A stretch of 64,000 nt of DNA from an uncultured Gemmatimonadales bacterium. GTDB taxonomy: Bacteria; Gemmatimonadota; Gemmatimonadetes; Gemmatimonadales; GWC2-71-9. The stretch covers positions 168,078 through 232,077 of the forward strand of contig CAWEWK010000026.1 of the NCBI GenBank assembly GCA_963812755.1, given 5' to 3'. Shown one piece after another: positions 29,035 through 37,960 of this stretch (positions are counted from its first letter, which is position 1; every line of letters begins with the position of its first letter). The notes below the pieces were generated by a model. It was given only the letters and a program-made list of their open reading frames with translations, searched no databases and was not told the DNA's origin. The position numbers were made by a program, and so were the translations under genes.

Positions 29035-31056
29035 ATGAGATACCTCGGGTTCTTCCTTCTTATCGCGGGCCCGCTCGCGGGCCAGCAGCCGAGCGGCGCC
29101 CCACCGACTCGGACCGCCCGGCCCATCACGCTGACGCCGGCACTCAAGCCTCCGGTCGCCGACACCGGGATCTTCAGCCCGCTTCCGCTGCCCCCGGCCA
29201 ACGGCATCCGGCGCCCGGACGGATCCCCCGGTCCCGGCTACTGGCAACAGGGCGCGGACTACACCATCCAGGCCACGCTCGATACCGCCGCCAAGCGGCT
29301 CACCGGCACCGAACGCATTCGGTATACCAACAACAGTCCGGACACCCTGCGCTTCGTCTGGCTGCAGCTGGATCAGAATCTCTTCCGGCCCGGCAGCGTG
29401 GGCGCCCTGCTGTTCCCCCAGGAGAGTCGCTTCGGAGGCGCGGGTTTCGAGGGTGGGTTCGACATCGAGAGTGTCTCGCAAGTCCCGGTGGTGCCGGCGG
29501 GCAAACGGACTCGCGCCCAGCGAGAACAGAGCAAACGGCCGGCCCGTCTGTCGGTCCGGATCGACGATACCATGATGCACGCCGACCTTGCGGTACCGCT
29601 CCCGCCGGGTGGCATCACGGTATTCGAGATCCAGTACGGCTTCAGCATCCCGGAACATGGCGCCGATCGGATGGGCCGCGAGGGCAGCCTGTACGAGATG
29701 GCCCAGTGGTATCCCCGCATGGCGGTCTACGATGACGTGCACGGCTGGAACACGGATCAATATCTGGGTCAGGGGGAGTTCTACCTGGAGTACGGGACCA
29801 TCGAATACGAGGTCACCCTCCCGGCTGGTTATCTCGTCGCTGGAACGGGAACGTTGCTCAACCCGACCGAGGTGCTGACGGCGGCACAACGGACCCGCCT
29901 CGCATTCGCCGCCAAGTCCGATACCACAATCGCGATCGTGACCGCGGAGGAGCTCGATTCCGGCCGTGCTCGGCCCCGCCAGGATGGCAACCTCACCTGG
30001 CGGTTCCGGGCCGAGCGGGTTCGGGACGTGGCCTGGGCCGCGGCGCCGGATTACCAGTGGGACGCAGTCGGATGGGAAGGGATCGCGGTCCAAGCCTTCT
30101 ATCGTCCGTCGGCGGCGGAGCTGTGGAAGGACGCGGCCAAGATGAGCCGCTTCTCGATTCAGGAATACAGTACCCGCTGGTTTCGTTATCCCTATCCCCA
30201 GATCTCCGCGGTGGAGGGGCCGATCTCCGGGATGGAATATCCCATGGTGGCCATGGAAGCCCGGGGCAGTGACCCGGCCGGCCTCTACGCGGTGCTGACT
30301 CACGAAATCGGCCACATGTGGTTTCCCATGGTCGTGGGATCGGACGAGCGGCGCTATGCCTGGATGGACGAGGGGTTCAACACCTTCATGAACACCTTCT
30401 CCGAGGAGAACTACTGGAAGCGGGACGACAGCGAGATCCGACGTAACGAGATCCGCACCATCACCGCGCTGGATCAGAGCCCTACGGCTCAGCCGATCAT
30501 GACCCCGGCCAACCGCTACAAGACCACCGAGAATCTGAGCGCCCTGGCCTACGTCAAGCCCTCGATCTCTCTCCTGACTCTCCGCAACAAGGTCCTGGGC
30601 GCCGAAGTCTTCGATTCCGCATTCCGAGAGTATGTGCGCCGGTGGGCCTTCAAGCACCCACAGCCGACGGATTTCTTCCGCACCATGGAATCGGTCTCGG
30701 GGCGGGACCTGGCGTGGTTCTGGCGCGGATTCTTCTTCACCACGGCGGCTCTGGACCAGTCGGTGGAGTCGGTCAAGCCGAACCCGGATGGTTCGTTCGA
30801 GATCGCGTTGCGCAGTCTGGGAGCGGCGGTCATGCCGGTGGAGCTGGAGTTGACGTTCGAGGACGGCAGCAAGGAATCCTACCGTCTGCCGGTCGAAGTC
30901 TGGTATGGCGGCGACCGATACCTGATCAGCGTCGGCGGCGGAAAAACCATCGTGGGTGCGCGGGTGAATCCGGACAGCATGTTCCCCGATGCGCGACCCA
31001 CTAACGACGCCTGGACTCCTCCAGTCCCTGCTCCAGCACCACCGGCAACTCCTTGA
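29035..31056 (+). CDS. secreted M1-family zinc metallopeptidase (paralogue 1)
   Basis: ORF trimmed to MRYLGFFLLIAGPLAGQQ (signal peptide), 673 aa. GMEYPMV, and HEIGHMWFPMVVGSDERRYAWMDEG (the HExxH-x18-E gluzincin site). Confidence 0.85.
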   Translation: MRYLGFFLLIAGPLAGQQPSGAPPTRTARPITLTPALKPPVADTGIFSPLPLPPANGIRRPDGSPGPGYWQQGADYTIQATLDTAAKRLTGTERIRYTNNSPDTLRFVWLQLDQNLFRPGSVGALLFPQESRFGGAGFEGGFDIESVSQVPVVPAGKRTRAQREQSKRPARLSVRIDDTMMHADLAVPLPPGGITVFEIQYGFSIPEHGADRMGREGSLYEMAQWYPRMAVYDDVHGWNTDQYLGQGEFYLEYGTIEYEVTLPAGYLVAGTGTLLNPTEVLTAAQRTRLAFAAKSDTTIAIVTAEELDSGRARPRQDGNLTWRFRAERVRDVAWAAAPDYQWDAVGWEGIAVQAFYRPSAAELWKDAAKMSRFSIQEYSTRWFRYPYPQISAVEGPISGMEYPMVAMEARGSDPAGLYAVLTHEIGHMWFPMVVGSDERRYAWMDEGFNTFMNTFSEENYWKRDDSEIRRNEIRTITALDQSPTAQPIMTPANRYKTTENLSALAYVKPSISLLTLRNKVLGAEVFDSAFREYVRRWAFKHPQPTDFFRTMESVSGRDLAWFWRGFFFTTAALDQSVESVKPNPDGSFEIALRSLGAAVMPVELELTFEDGSKESYRLPVEVWYGGDRYLISVGGGKTIVGARVNPDSMFPDARPTNDAWTPPVPAPAPPATP

Positions 31057-31113
31057 AGGCCGGCCGGCCAGCCGGTACATTCTCGGGTTCCGGATCGAAC
31101 GCGGGAGTCCGCC

Positions 31114-32571
31114 GTGCCGCTACCTGAGTACTTGCTGGATCTGCCAGTCGAAGAAGCCGCTCGACTGATCGCCCTCTCGCTCCTCGATACAGCCGTTGCG
31201 GCGCGTCCGCGGCTGGACCATTCCCAAGACCGTGAAGCCCTGCACGACTTCCGGGTCGCGCTGCGCCGCCTGCGTACCTGCCTTCAGGCCTATCGGAGGC
31301 AGCTCAAGGGCAGCGTCTCTCGGCGCTCGCGGCGGCGGCTGCGGAGACTGGCCGAGGCCACAAGGGAGAGCCGCGATCTCGAGGTCCATCTCGAGTGGGC
31401 CCAGGCGCAGGAGCCCGAGCTGAGCGCCCGACAGGTGGCCGGTCTCCATTGGCACATCGAGCGGCTGGAGAACCGCCAGTGGAGGGCGAACCAGAAGCTG
31501 CGCCGCGCCGTGGAGCGAGGGTATGAACCCCTGGAACGCAAGCTTCGGGCTCAGCTTCAGGTGTACCGTCTCCGGATCGAGCGCGACGCCTCCCGCCGGA
31601 CTTACCTGGCCGCGGCCGTCGTCGGCGGACTCATCCAACACTTCGGCGGCGATCTGGAAAGCCGCCTGGCAGTGGTGCACGCACTGTCCGACGGGGACCC
31701 GGCACATCGGGCCCGCATCGCAGCCAAACGCCTGAGATATCTGCTGGAGCCGATCGCGAGCGAGGAGGGGGTTCAGCCTCTGGTGGCGAAGCTTCAGCAG
31801 TTACAGGACGACTTGGGAGAGTTTCACGACAGCAACGTGCTCATTGCCGAATTGGCCAGCAGCATGCGGGCCGCGACCGCAGCCCACGACGATCGCCTGA
31901 GACGTCAGTTGGCGCTGACGTCCGACCACAATGGCACTCCCCCGATCCCCAGCGACGATCCCCGTCCGGGCCTGGTGGCCCTAGGCCGGCGGCTCAGGGC
32001 GCGGGCGGAGCGCTCCTTCGCCAAGATTCGAGCCGGATGGCTCGATGGCAACGCCGACGGCTTCTTCCAGGAAGTGGGCGAACTAGGCAAGCGAGTAGCG
32101 GGCCGTCCTGCCGCGCTGGCCGAGATCGAGCGGAAGTATCTGCTGCGGACCGTGCCGGCGACTGCGCGCCAGATGCCGAGCGTCGAGATCGAGCAGGGCT
32201 GGCTCCCTGGGACCCGAGTGGTGGAGCGTCTCCGGCGAGTCAGCAGCGATGGCGACCCGGTCCTCTACCGGACGGTCAAATCGGGCGGCGGGCTGGTTCG
32301 GCTCGAGTTGGAGGAGGAAACCAGTCGCGAGCTGTTCGAGAACATCTGGCCACTGACCGAAGGGCGCCGGGTGCTCAAGCGGCGCCACTTGGTGCCGGAC
32401 GAGGGACTCACCTGGGAGATCGACCAGTTTCTCGATCGTGATCTCGTATTGGCGGAAGTCGAGCTGCCATCCCGGGACGCGACCGTCGAGGTGCCCGACT
32501 GGCTCCAGCCCTACGTGGTACGGGAGGTCACCGGGGAGGCGGAGTTCAGCAACCGGTACCTGGCGCGCTAA
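31114..32571 (+). CDS. CHAD domain - CYTH (triphosphate tunnel metalloenzyme) fusion protein
   Basis: 485 aa. GTG start with GGGAG 6 nt upstream. The N-terminal ~300 aa have CHAD hallmarks (HDFRVALRRLRTCLQ, HRARIAAKRLRYLLEP, LGEFHDSNV). The C-terminal ~150 aa start with EIERKYLL (ExExK), followed by RLELEEE, WEIDQF and AEVEL strands typical of CYTH. Confidence 0.8.
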   Translation: MPLPEYLLDLPVEEAARLIALSLLDTAVAARPRLDHSQDREALHDFRVALRRLRTCLQAYRRQLKGSVSRRSRRRLRRLAEATRESRDLEVHLEWAQAQEPELSARQVAGLHWHIERLENRQWRANQKLRRAVERGYEPLERKLRAQLQVYRLRIERDASRRTYLAAAVVGGLIQHFGGDLESRLAVVHALSDGDPAHRARIAAKRLRYLLEPIASEEGVQPLVAKLQQLQDDLGEFHDSNVLIAELASSMRAATAAHDDRLRRQLALTSDHNGTPPIPSDDPRPGLVALGRRLRARAERSFAKIRAGWLDGNADGFFQEVGELGKRVAGRPAALAEIERKYLLRTVPATARQMPSVEIEQGWLPGTRVVERLRRVSSDGDPVLYRTVKSGGGLVRLELEEETSRELFENIWPLTEGRRVLKRRHLVPDEGLTWEIDQFLDRDLVLAEVELPSRDATVEVPDWLQPYVVREVTGEAEFSNRYLAR

Positions 32572-32739
32572 GCGCGCGACTTGCGCATTCCCCTTCCCCG
32601 GCTTCATGCGTCGCTTGACGTATAATTCTGCAACACGTCCATCTGCAAGTGGTTAGCGACTTCTGCCTTGGCTTGTGACCCGCCGCCCGGCTAGACTGTA
32701 CCATCTTCGTCGTCCCGAACCTTCTCCCCCGGAGACTCC

Positions 32740-34716
32740 GTGCGACTCGGCGCCTGGCTCCTGCCATTCCTGGTCTTTCCACCTCTTACCGCCCAGCAAC
32801 GATCCCCTGCCGACGCGGGCGCTCCCGATACCTCGGTCTTTCGTCAACTCGAGCTTCCTCCACCCAACGCCGTTCGCGCGGCGGACGGATCGCCGGGGCC
32901 GGGATACTGGCAGCAACGGGCCGACTACGTCATTCGCGCGACGCTGGATACGGTGACGCGCTCGGTACGGGGCGAGGAGCGGATCACCTATACCAACAAC
33001 TCCCCTGACACCCTGCGGCATCTGTGGCTTCAGTTGGACCAGAACCTGTATACCAGCCAGAGCCGCGGCTCTTGGATGTTCCAGCGGCGCAGTCGCTTCG
33101 GCACCCAGGGTGCGGAAGGTGGCTTCCGCCTGCTCAAGGTGGCGCAACCGGCGGCGCCCGCCGCTCGCGGCCGAAAAGCGACGCCGGCCGCGCCGCTCAC
33201 CTACCTCGTGAACGGCACGGTCATGAAGGTGGAACTGCCTCGCGCCTTACCGCCCAAGGGCAAGCAGGTGCTGGACATCTCCTGGTCGTTTCCCTTCGGC
33301 CCCAACCGGAACCGCATGGGAATCGAAGAGGTGGACGGCGGGGTGATCTACGAGGCGGCCCAATGGTATCCCCGCATGGCGGTATATGACGACGTGAAGG
33401 GCTGGAACACGGCGCAGTATTACGGCCAGGGCGAGTTCTACCTGGAGTACGGCAGCTTCGATGTGAGCCTGACGGTCCCCACCGACGTGATCGTGGCAGC
33501 GACCGGCGTGCTCCAGAATCCAGCCGAGGTGCTGACTGCCAGCCAGCGGTCCCGGCTGACCCAGGCCCGAACCAGCGATGCGACCGTCGTCATTCGGGGG
33601 AAAGACGAGATCGCCGATCCGGGCTCGCGCCCTTCGACCCGCTACGGCACCTTCACCTGGCGCTTCACCGCCGATAGCGTGCGCGACTTCGCCTGGGCCG
33701 CCGCTCGGCACTTCATCTGGGACGCGGTTGGGGTCAACGGCGGCAAGACGCTCGCGATGAGCTTCTATCCTCCCTCCGCCGATTCGATCTGGAACCAGTC
33801 CAGCCAGTACGCCAAGTTCGCCATCGAGAACTACTCGACCCAGTGGACGCCGTACCCCTACCCGGTTGCGAGCAACGTGAATGGGATCGAAGGTGGGATG
33901 GAGTATCCCATGATCGTCTTCTGCGGCAACCGGACCGACCCACAGGCACTCTACAGTGTGACCGACCACGAGTTCGCCCACACTTGGTTTCCCATGATGG
34001 TGGGCAGCAACGAGCGGATGTTCGGGTGGATGGACGAGGGGGTCAACAGCTTCATGAATCACTACAACTTTCCCAAGCGGTGGCCGGGAGCGCCTTTACC
34101 GACCGCCCGGGGAGTGCCGGAGAACTACCTGCGTAACGCCCTCACCGGCAACGAGCAACCCATCATGACGCCCACCGACCGAATGACCACCAACGAGAAC
34201 TGGCGGCAAGGCCTCTACAACAAACCGGCGGTCGGGCTGGTGCTGCTGCGGGAGCGGATCACGTCACCGGAACGGTTCGATCCGGTCCTCAGGGAGTACA
34301 TCCGGCGCTGGGCGTTCAAGCACCCGATGCCGTGGGACTTCTTTCGCACGATGGAAGATGGGCTGGGGGAGGACCTGAGCTGGTTCTGGCGCACCTGGTT
34401 CTATACCACCGACCAGCTGGATCAGGTGGTTGACTCCGTGACCCTGGCCGACTCGGCCGGTGTGGAGTCGCGGATATACCTGGGGAACCAGGGTCAGATG
34501 GTCATGCCGGTGGAGCTGGGGCTGTTGATGGACGACGGCACTACCCGGCGGGTCTCGCTTCCGGTGGAGATCTGGTTCGGTGGGGACAGTTACAGCTTCG
34601 TGGTCCCCGGCCCCAGGAAGGTGAACGGCGTCACCATCGATCCGGAGGGATGGTACCCGGACGTGAGGCGGGAGAACAACCGATGGCCCGGCGTGAGCTC
34701 CACGGCCTCACCATAG
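32740..34716 (+). CDS. secreted M1-family zinc metallopeptidase (paralogue 2)
   Basis: 658 aa. GTG start with GGAG 5 nt upstream. Signal peptide MRLGAWLLPFLVFPPLTAQQ. GMEYPMI, and HEFAHTWFPMMVGSNERMFGWMDEG. Shares long blocks with 29035..31056. Confidence 0.85.
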   Translation: MRLGAWLLPFLVFPPLTAQQRSPADAGAPDTSVFRQLELPPPNAVRAADGSPGPGYWQQRADYVIRATLDTVTRSVRGEERITYTNNSPDTLRHLWLQLDQNLYTSQSRGSWMFQRRSRFGTQGAEGGFRLLKVAQPAAPAARGRKATPAAPLTYLVNGTVMKVELPRALPPKGKQVLDISWSFPFGPNRNRMGIEEVDGGVIYEAAQWYPRMAVYDDVKGWNTAQYYGQGEFYLEYGSFDVSLTVPTDVIVAATGVLQNPAEVLTASQRSRLTQARTSDATVVIRGKDEIADPGSRPSTRYGTFTWRFTADSVRDFAWAAARHFIWDAVGVNGGKTLAMSFYPPSADSIWNQSSQYAKFAIENYSTQWTPYPYPVASNVNGIEGGMEYPMIVFCGNRTDPQALYSVTDHEFAHTWFPMMVGSNERMFGWMDEGVNSFMNHYNFPKRWPGAPLPTARGVPENYLRNALTGNEQPIMTPTDRMTTNENWRQGLYNKPAVGLVLLRERITSPERFDPVLREYIRRWAFKHPMPWDFFRTMEDGLGEDLSWFWRTWFYTTDQLDQVVDSVTLADSAGVESRIYLGNQGQMVMPVELGLLMDDGTTRRVSLPVEIWFGGDSYSFVVPGPRKVNGVTIDPEGWYPDVRRENNRWPGVSSTASP

Positions 34717-34735
34717 GAGCGGCACCCACGAGTCA

Positions 34736-35942
34736 TCACTGGCCGACGGTCTCCAGCTTGAGTTGCCACAGGCCGCTGAGCATGTCGCTTGCGTAGAGCG
34801 AGCCGTTCGATAACTGCACGCCCCAGGTGAAGGTGTTCCCCGCCCCGCCTGGCTGGAGCCGGGCGAGGAGCCGGCCCGAGAGGTCGCCCTGGAGTGTCCC
34901 GGAAACGTCCAGGGCGACCACTCCGCCGTTGTAGTACGCCGCGTAGAGGATCTGGGCCGGCTCGTCCATCCAGAAATTGTGGGTACCGGCGCCGTCGAGG
35001 TGAAAGAAGGCCACCTCGCGGGGGTCGGCCAGGTCGGAGACGTCCACCACATGGATGTCTCCGCTCGCCTCCCCACCGAGCGTCAGGGGCCCTTCCTGGC
35101 CGACGAAGAGGTAGCGCTTCTCGTGGGTGTTGGGGTTGTGGAACCACCAGCCGTTATGCACCGAAGGCCCGCCAGCGACGCCGTTCTCAGCAGTGACCAG
35201 CCGGCTCACTTCCTGGGGCGAACTGGGGAGATCCTCCCCGGATGCCGTTTCCGACATCGTAAATGATCACGCCGGTATTCCAGGCGAACACGAACGCAAG
35301 CCCATCCCGAACGTAGGTGTCGTGGATGCCGTAATCCGGCGGTATCGGCACCGACGTTACCGGCACCAAGGCCGTCGGATCGGTGGCGTCGAAGATCAGC
35401 AGCGCCGGATCCGGCTGCGTTTCGAGCGGCAAAGGCGTAACGGTTTGACCCGATGGTGCCGAACGTCGCGGTGTGGATCCCGCCCGATGCCTCGACGCTG
35501 GTGAGAAACTCCGGATTAGCCGGGTCGGCGAGAGAATAGAGGAACAGGCCGGCATTGTCGTTGCCTTCGGTGCTGAACATCAATACGCTGCCATCATCGC
35601 TGACCTCGACGTCACTCACGTTGGCGATGAGTGGGATCTCGATCGTATTGACCAGTGCCGGAGTACCGGAGCCGTCGAGCGACCAGATCTTTACCTGGTC
35701 GCCCGCATGGCCGTTCCGCGGCGACCGTCCGTAGGTGCCGGTGTAGGCGAAGCCGCCGTGCACCCAGAGATCCGAGGTGTAGCGATCGAGGACATTGTTG
35801 CCGCCGGCCACCGCCCGGAGCTCCATGGCGGGATCGGGGCCGGGACCCGGGCCCGGGTTGTCGTCGGCGCCGCATCCCGCTCAGTACCAGGAGGGCGACG
35901 AGCGATTCCGGCCATCCCTCGCCGGCTCCTGCATTCGAGCAT
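34736..35942 (-). pseudogene. disrupted LVIVD-repeat (beta-propeller) lipoprotein gene with at least 4 frameshifts
   Basis: Sensible protein sequence hops between frames: MLECRSRRGMAGIA | LVALLVLSG | CGADDNPGPGPGPDP...GGIHTATFGTIGSNRYAFAA | ETQPDPALLIFDATDP...VIIYDVGNGIRGGSP | SSPQEVSRLV...IHVVDVSDLADP...WQLKLETVGQ*. The breaks are near 35899-35905, 35876-35878, 35417-35430 and 35225-35228. Confidence 0.7.
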
Positions 35943-35950
35943 GATCCCGC

Positions 35951-37177
35951 CTAGTGTAGATGCATGGGTTCGTGCGGCGCCGCATCCGCGGCTGCGCCGT
36001 ACCGGCCCATCCGGTGCAGGCCGGCCCCGGCGTCAACTCTCAGGCCAAGTGTAACCGTCCAAAACGTGTCCCGTCCGTACAGCCCTCGGACGTCGAAAAG
36101 TCCCGGCCCGACCTTACCGATCCTCCCGTACGAAAGTTCCAATAGCGGGTGCATCCGTAAGGGTCCGGACCTCCAAAGCCCGACCTCGTAACCGGCCGTG
36201 TGAACGGTCCAGCGGGTGATTCCCAGAATGGAGTTCTCCAAGTGGGGCCGCAGAGAGCGAAACTGCGAGACCCGCTCTTCCTCGGGCCGCTCGCTTCGCT
36301 CGAACCGATACTGGAGACGATGACGTCCCGCGGTCCATGCACCCTCCGCCAGCACGCTGTGAAACACGAAAAACCCCTCTGCTTCCGAGGTCCGGGCCAG
36401 CTCTACCAATCCATAGACGGGATACCGCCCCACCGGCCGATCCCATCGAGCCGACACGCTCCACTTGCCCTGCTCGGTTCCCGCGCCCGGGCGGTGCTCC
36501 GGGGAGTGTACACTGGCCACCGAGGCTTGGAGCTCGAGTCCGGTTACTGGTGCCGCAATTATCCGGGCGCTCCGGGAATCGCCGAACCGGCCGCCCACCC
36601 GTGGCCATTGTCCCGGCCGCTCCGGCTCATCACCGTTGAAGAGGCCCACTTCGAGGGTGCCCCAGCGGCTCCGGAGCGCGGCGATGACGACGGCGCGCTC
36701 GAGAATCTGAGCCAGATGATGATTGACGGGATATCGCAGGATCGGACGAATCATCGGATCGTCGGTCCCGAAAGGGGCAAAACCCTTTCCGGCCGCCAAC
36801 GATGTGCTGACCCGCTCGTCCAACCGATCATCGATCGAAAGCAGCAGCTCGTGCACGTAGGTGTGCGGGTGGCGGCGATCAACGAACCCCTCTCCCCAGG
36901 CCCCGGGGGTCAGCTCCCCTTCGGGAATCGTCGCGCCCTCGAGGTTGAGCGTAGCGAGTAGACGAAGACGCCGCCATGCACCGGCGTGGAGCATCACCAC
37001 GGGCTGTACCACCCTGACCTCCCCAAGGCCGGCACCGCCGGGAACCGGATCCGCATGGGTAAAGGCGATGACCGCCTGAGCCGAGGCCCGCGCCCAGGGG
37101 CTCTCTTGTGCGATGCAGGGGGAGGACAGAGCTGAAAGGAGGGAGAGCGCGACCAGCTCTGGAACCGGTGATCTCAG
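35951..37177 (-). CDS. hypothetical secreted / outer-membrane His-rich protein (start uncertain)
   Basis: Long ORF 35951..37471. A signal-peptide-like segment, [25 protein letters not shown], begins exactly at the sdhB stop. A CTG at 37177 forms CTGA with the sdhB TGA. Canonical GTGs exist only at 37276/37288 (inside sdhB) or after the signal peptide. Alternating beta-strand-like sequence, with a C-terminus of HEPMHLH. No family recognised. Confidence 0.55.
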   Translation of the reverse strand: MRSPVPELVALSLLSALSSPCIAQESPWARASAQAVIAFTHADPVPGGAGLGEVRVVQPVVMLHAGAWRRLRLLATLNLEGATIPEGELTPGAWGEGFVDRRHPHTYVHELLLSIDDRLDERVSTSLAAGKGFAPFGTDDPMIRPILRYPVNHHLAQILERAVVIAALRSRWGTLEVGLFNGDEPERPGQWPRVGGRFGDSRSARIIAAPVTGLELQASVASVHSPEHRPGAGTEQGKWSVSARWDRPVGRYPVYGLVELARTSEAEGFFVFHSVLAEGAWTAGRHRLQYRFERSERPEEERVSQFRSLRPHLENSILGITRWTVHTAGYEVGLWRSGPLRMHPLLELSYGRIGKVGPGLFDVRGLYGRDTFWTVTLGLRVDAGAGLHRMGRYGAAADAAPHEPMHLH

Positions 37178-37944
37178 TCCGATGCGGCCACCGCTCCGCG
37201 GCCGGCCGTAAGGCTTCCGCGCAGGAAGTCGCGGTTCATCCGAGTAATCGTGTCGATGCTGATTTCCTTGGGACACGCCGCCTGGCACTCGCCATACAGG
37301 GTACAAGGACCGAAGCCCTCCAGGTCCATCTGCATCGCCATGCGAAAGGCCCGCTGGTAACGCTCGGGCTGGCCCTGGGGCAACAGGCCGAGGTGGGTAA
37401 TCTTTGCCGCGGTGAACAAGGAGGCCGAGCCGTTGGGGCAGGCCGCGACACACGCCCCACAGCCGATACACTGCGCCGCATCCATCGCGGTGTCGGCATC
37501 ATTCTTGGGGATGGGGATCGCATTTCCGTCCGGGGCACAGCCGGTCGGCGCGCTGATGAATCCACCGGCGGCGATGATTCGGTCTAGCGCGCTTCGATCG
37601 ACCACCAGGTCCTTGATCACCGGAAAGGCCCGCGCACGCCACGGCTCCACATAGATGGTGTCGCCGTCCTTGAAGCTGCGCATGTGAAGCTGGCAGGTGG
37701 CCGTGCCCCGGTGTCGGCCATGGGCCACTCCGTTGATCATGAGACCACAGGAGCCGCAGATCCCCTCCCGGCAATCGTGGTCGAAGGCGATGGGAGCCTC
37801 TCCCTTCTCCACCAGCCGCTCGTTCACCACGTCGAGCATTTCCAAAAACGACATGTCCGGACTGATGTCCCGAGCTTCGTAGGAAACCATTCGGCCGGAC
37901 GCCGCCGGACCGGGTTGGCGCCAGACGTGCAGCGTGAGGTTCAT
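37174..37944 (-). CDS. sdhB: succinate dehydrogenase/fumarate reductase iron-sulfur subunit
   Basis: 256 aa. [10 protein letters not shown] (2Fe-2S), [12 protein letters not shown] and [12 protein letters not shown] clusters. Confidence 0.95.
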   Translation of the reverse strand: MNLTLHVWRQPGPAASGRMVSYEARDISPDMSFLEMLDVVNERLVEKGEAPIAFDHDCREGICGSCGLMINGVAHGRHRGTATCQLHMRSFKDGDTIYVEPWRARAFPVIKDLVVDRSALDRIIAAGGFISAPTGCAPDGNAIPIPKNDADTAMDAAQCIGCGACVAACPNGSASLFTAAKITHLGLLPQGQPERYQRAFRMAMQMDLEGFGPCTLYGECQAACPKEISIDTITRMNRDFLRGSLTAGRGAVAASD

Positions 37945-37960
37945 TCGAGCTCCTCGCCCT

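Noticed and set aside
28999-31080. 693-aa minus-strand ORF opposite the first M1 peptidase
   Set aside because: The plus-strand frame carries the HExxH-x18-E site, GMEYPM and a signal peptide. The antisense product is Arg/Gly/Pro-rich with no motifs.
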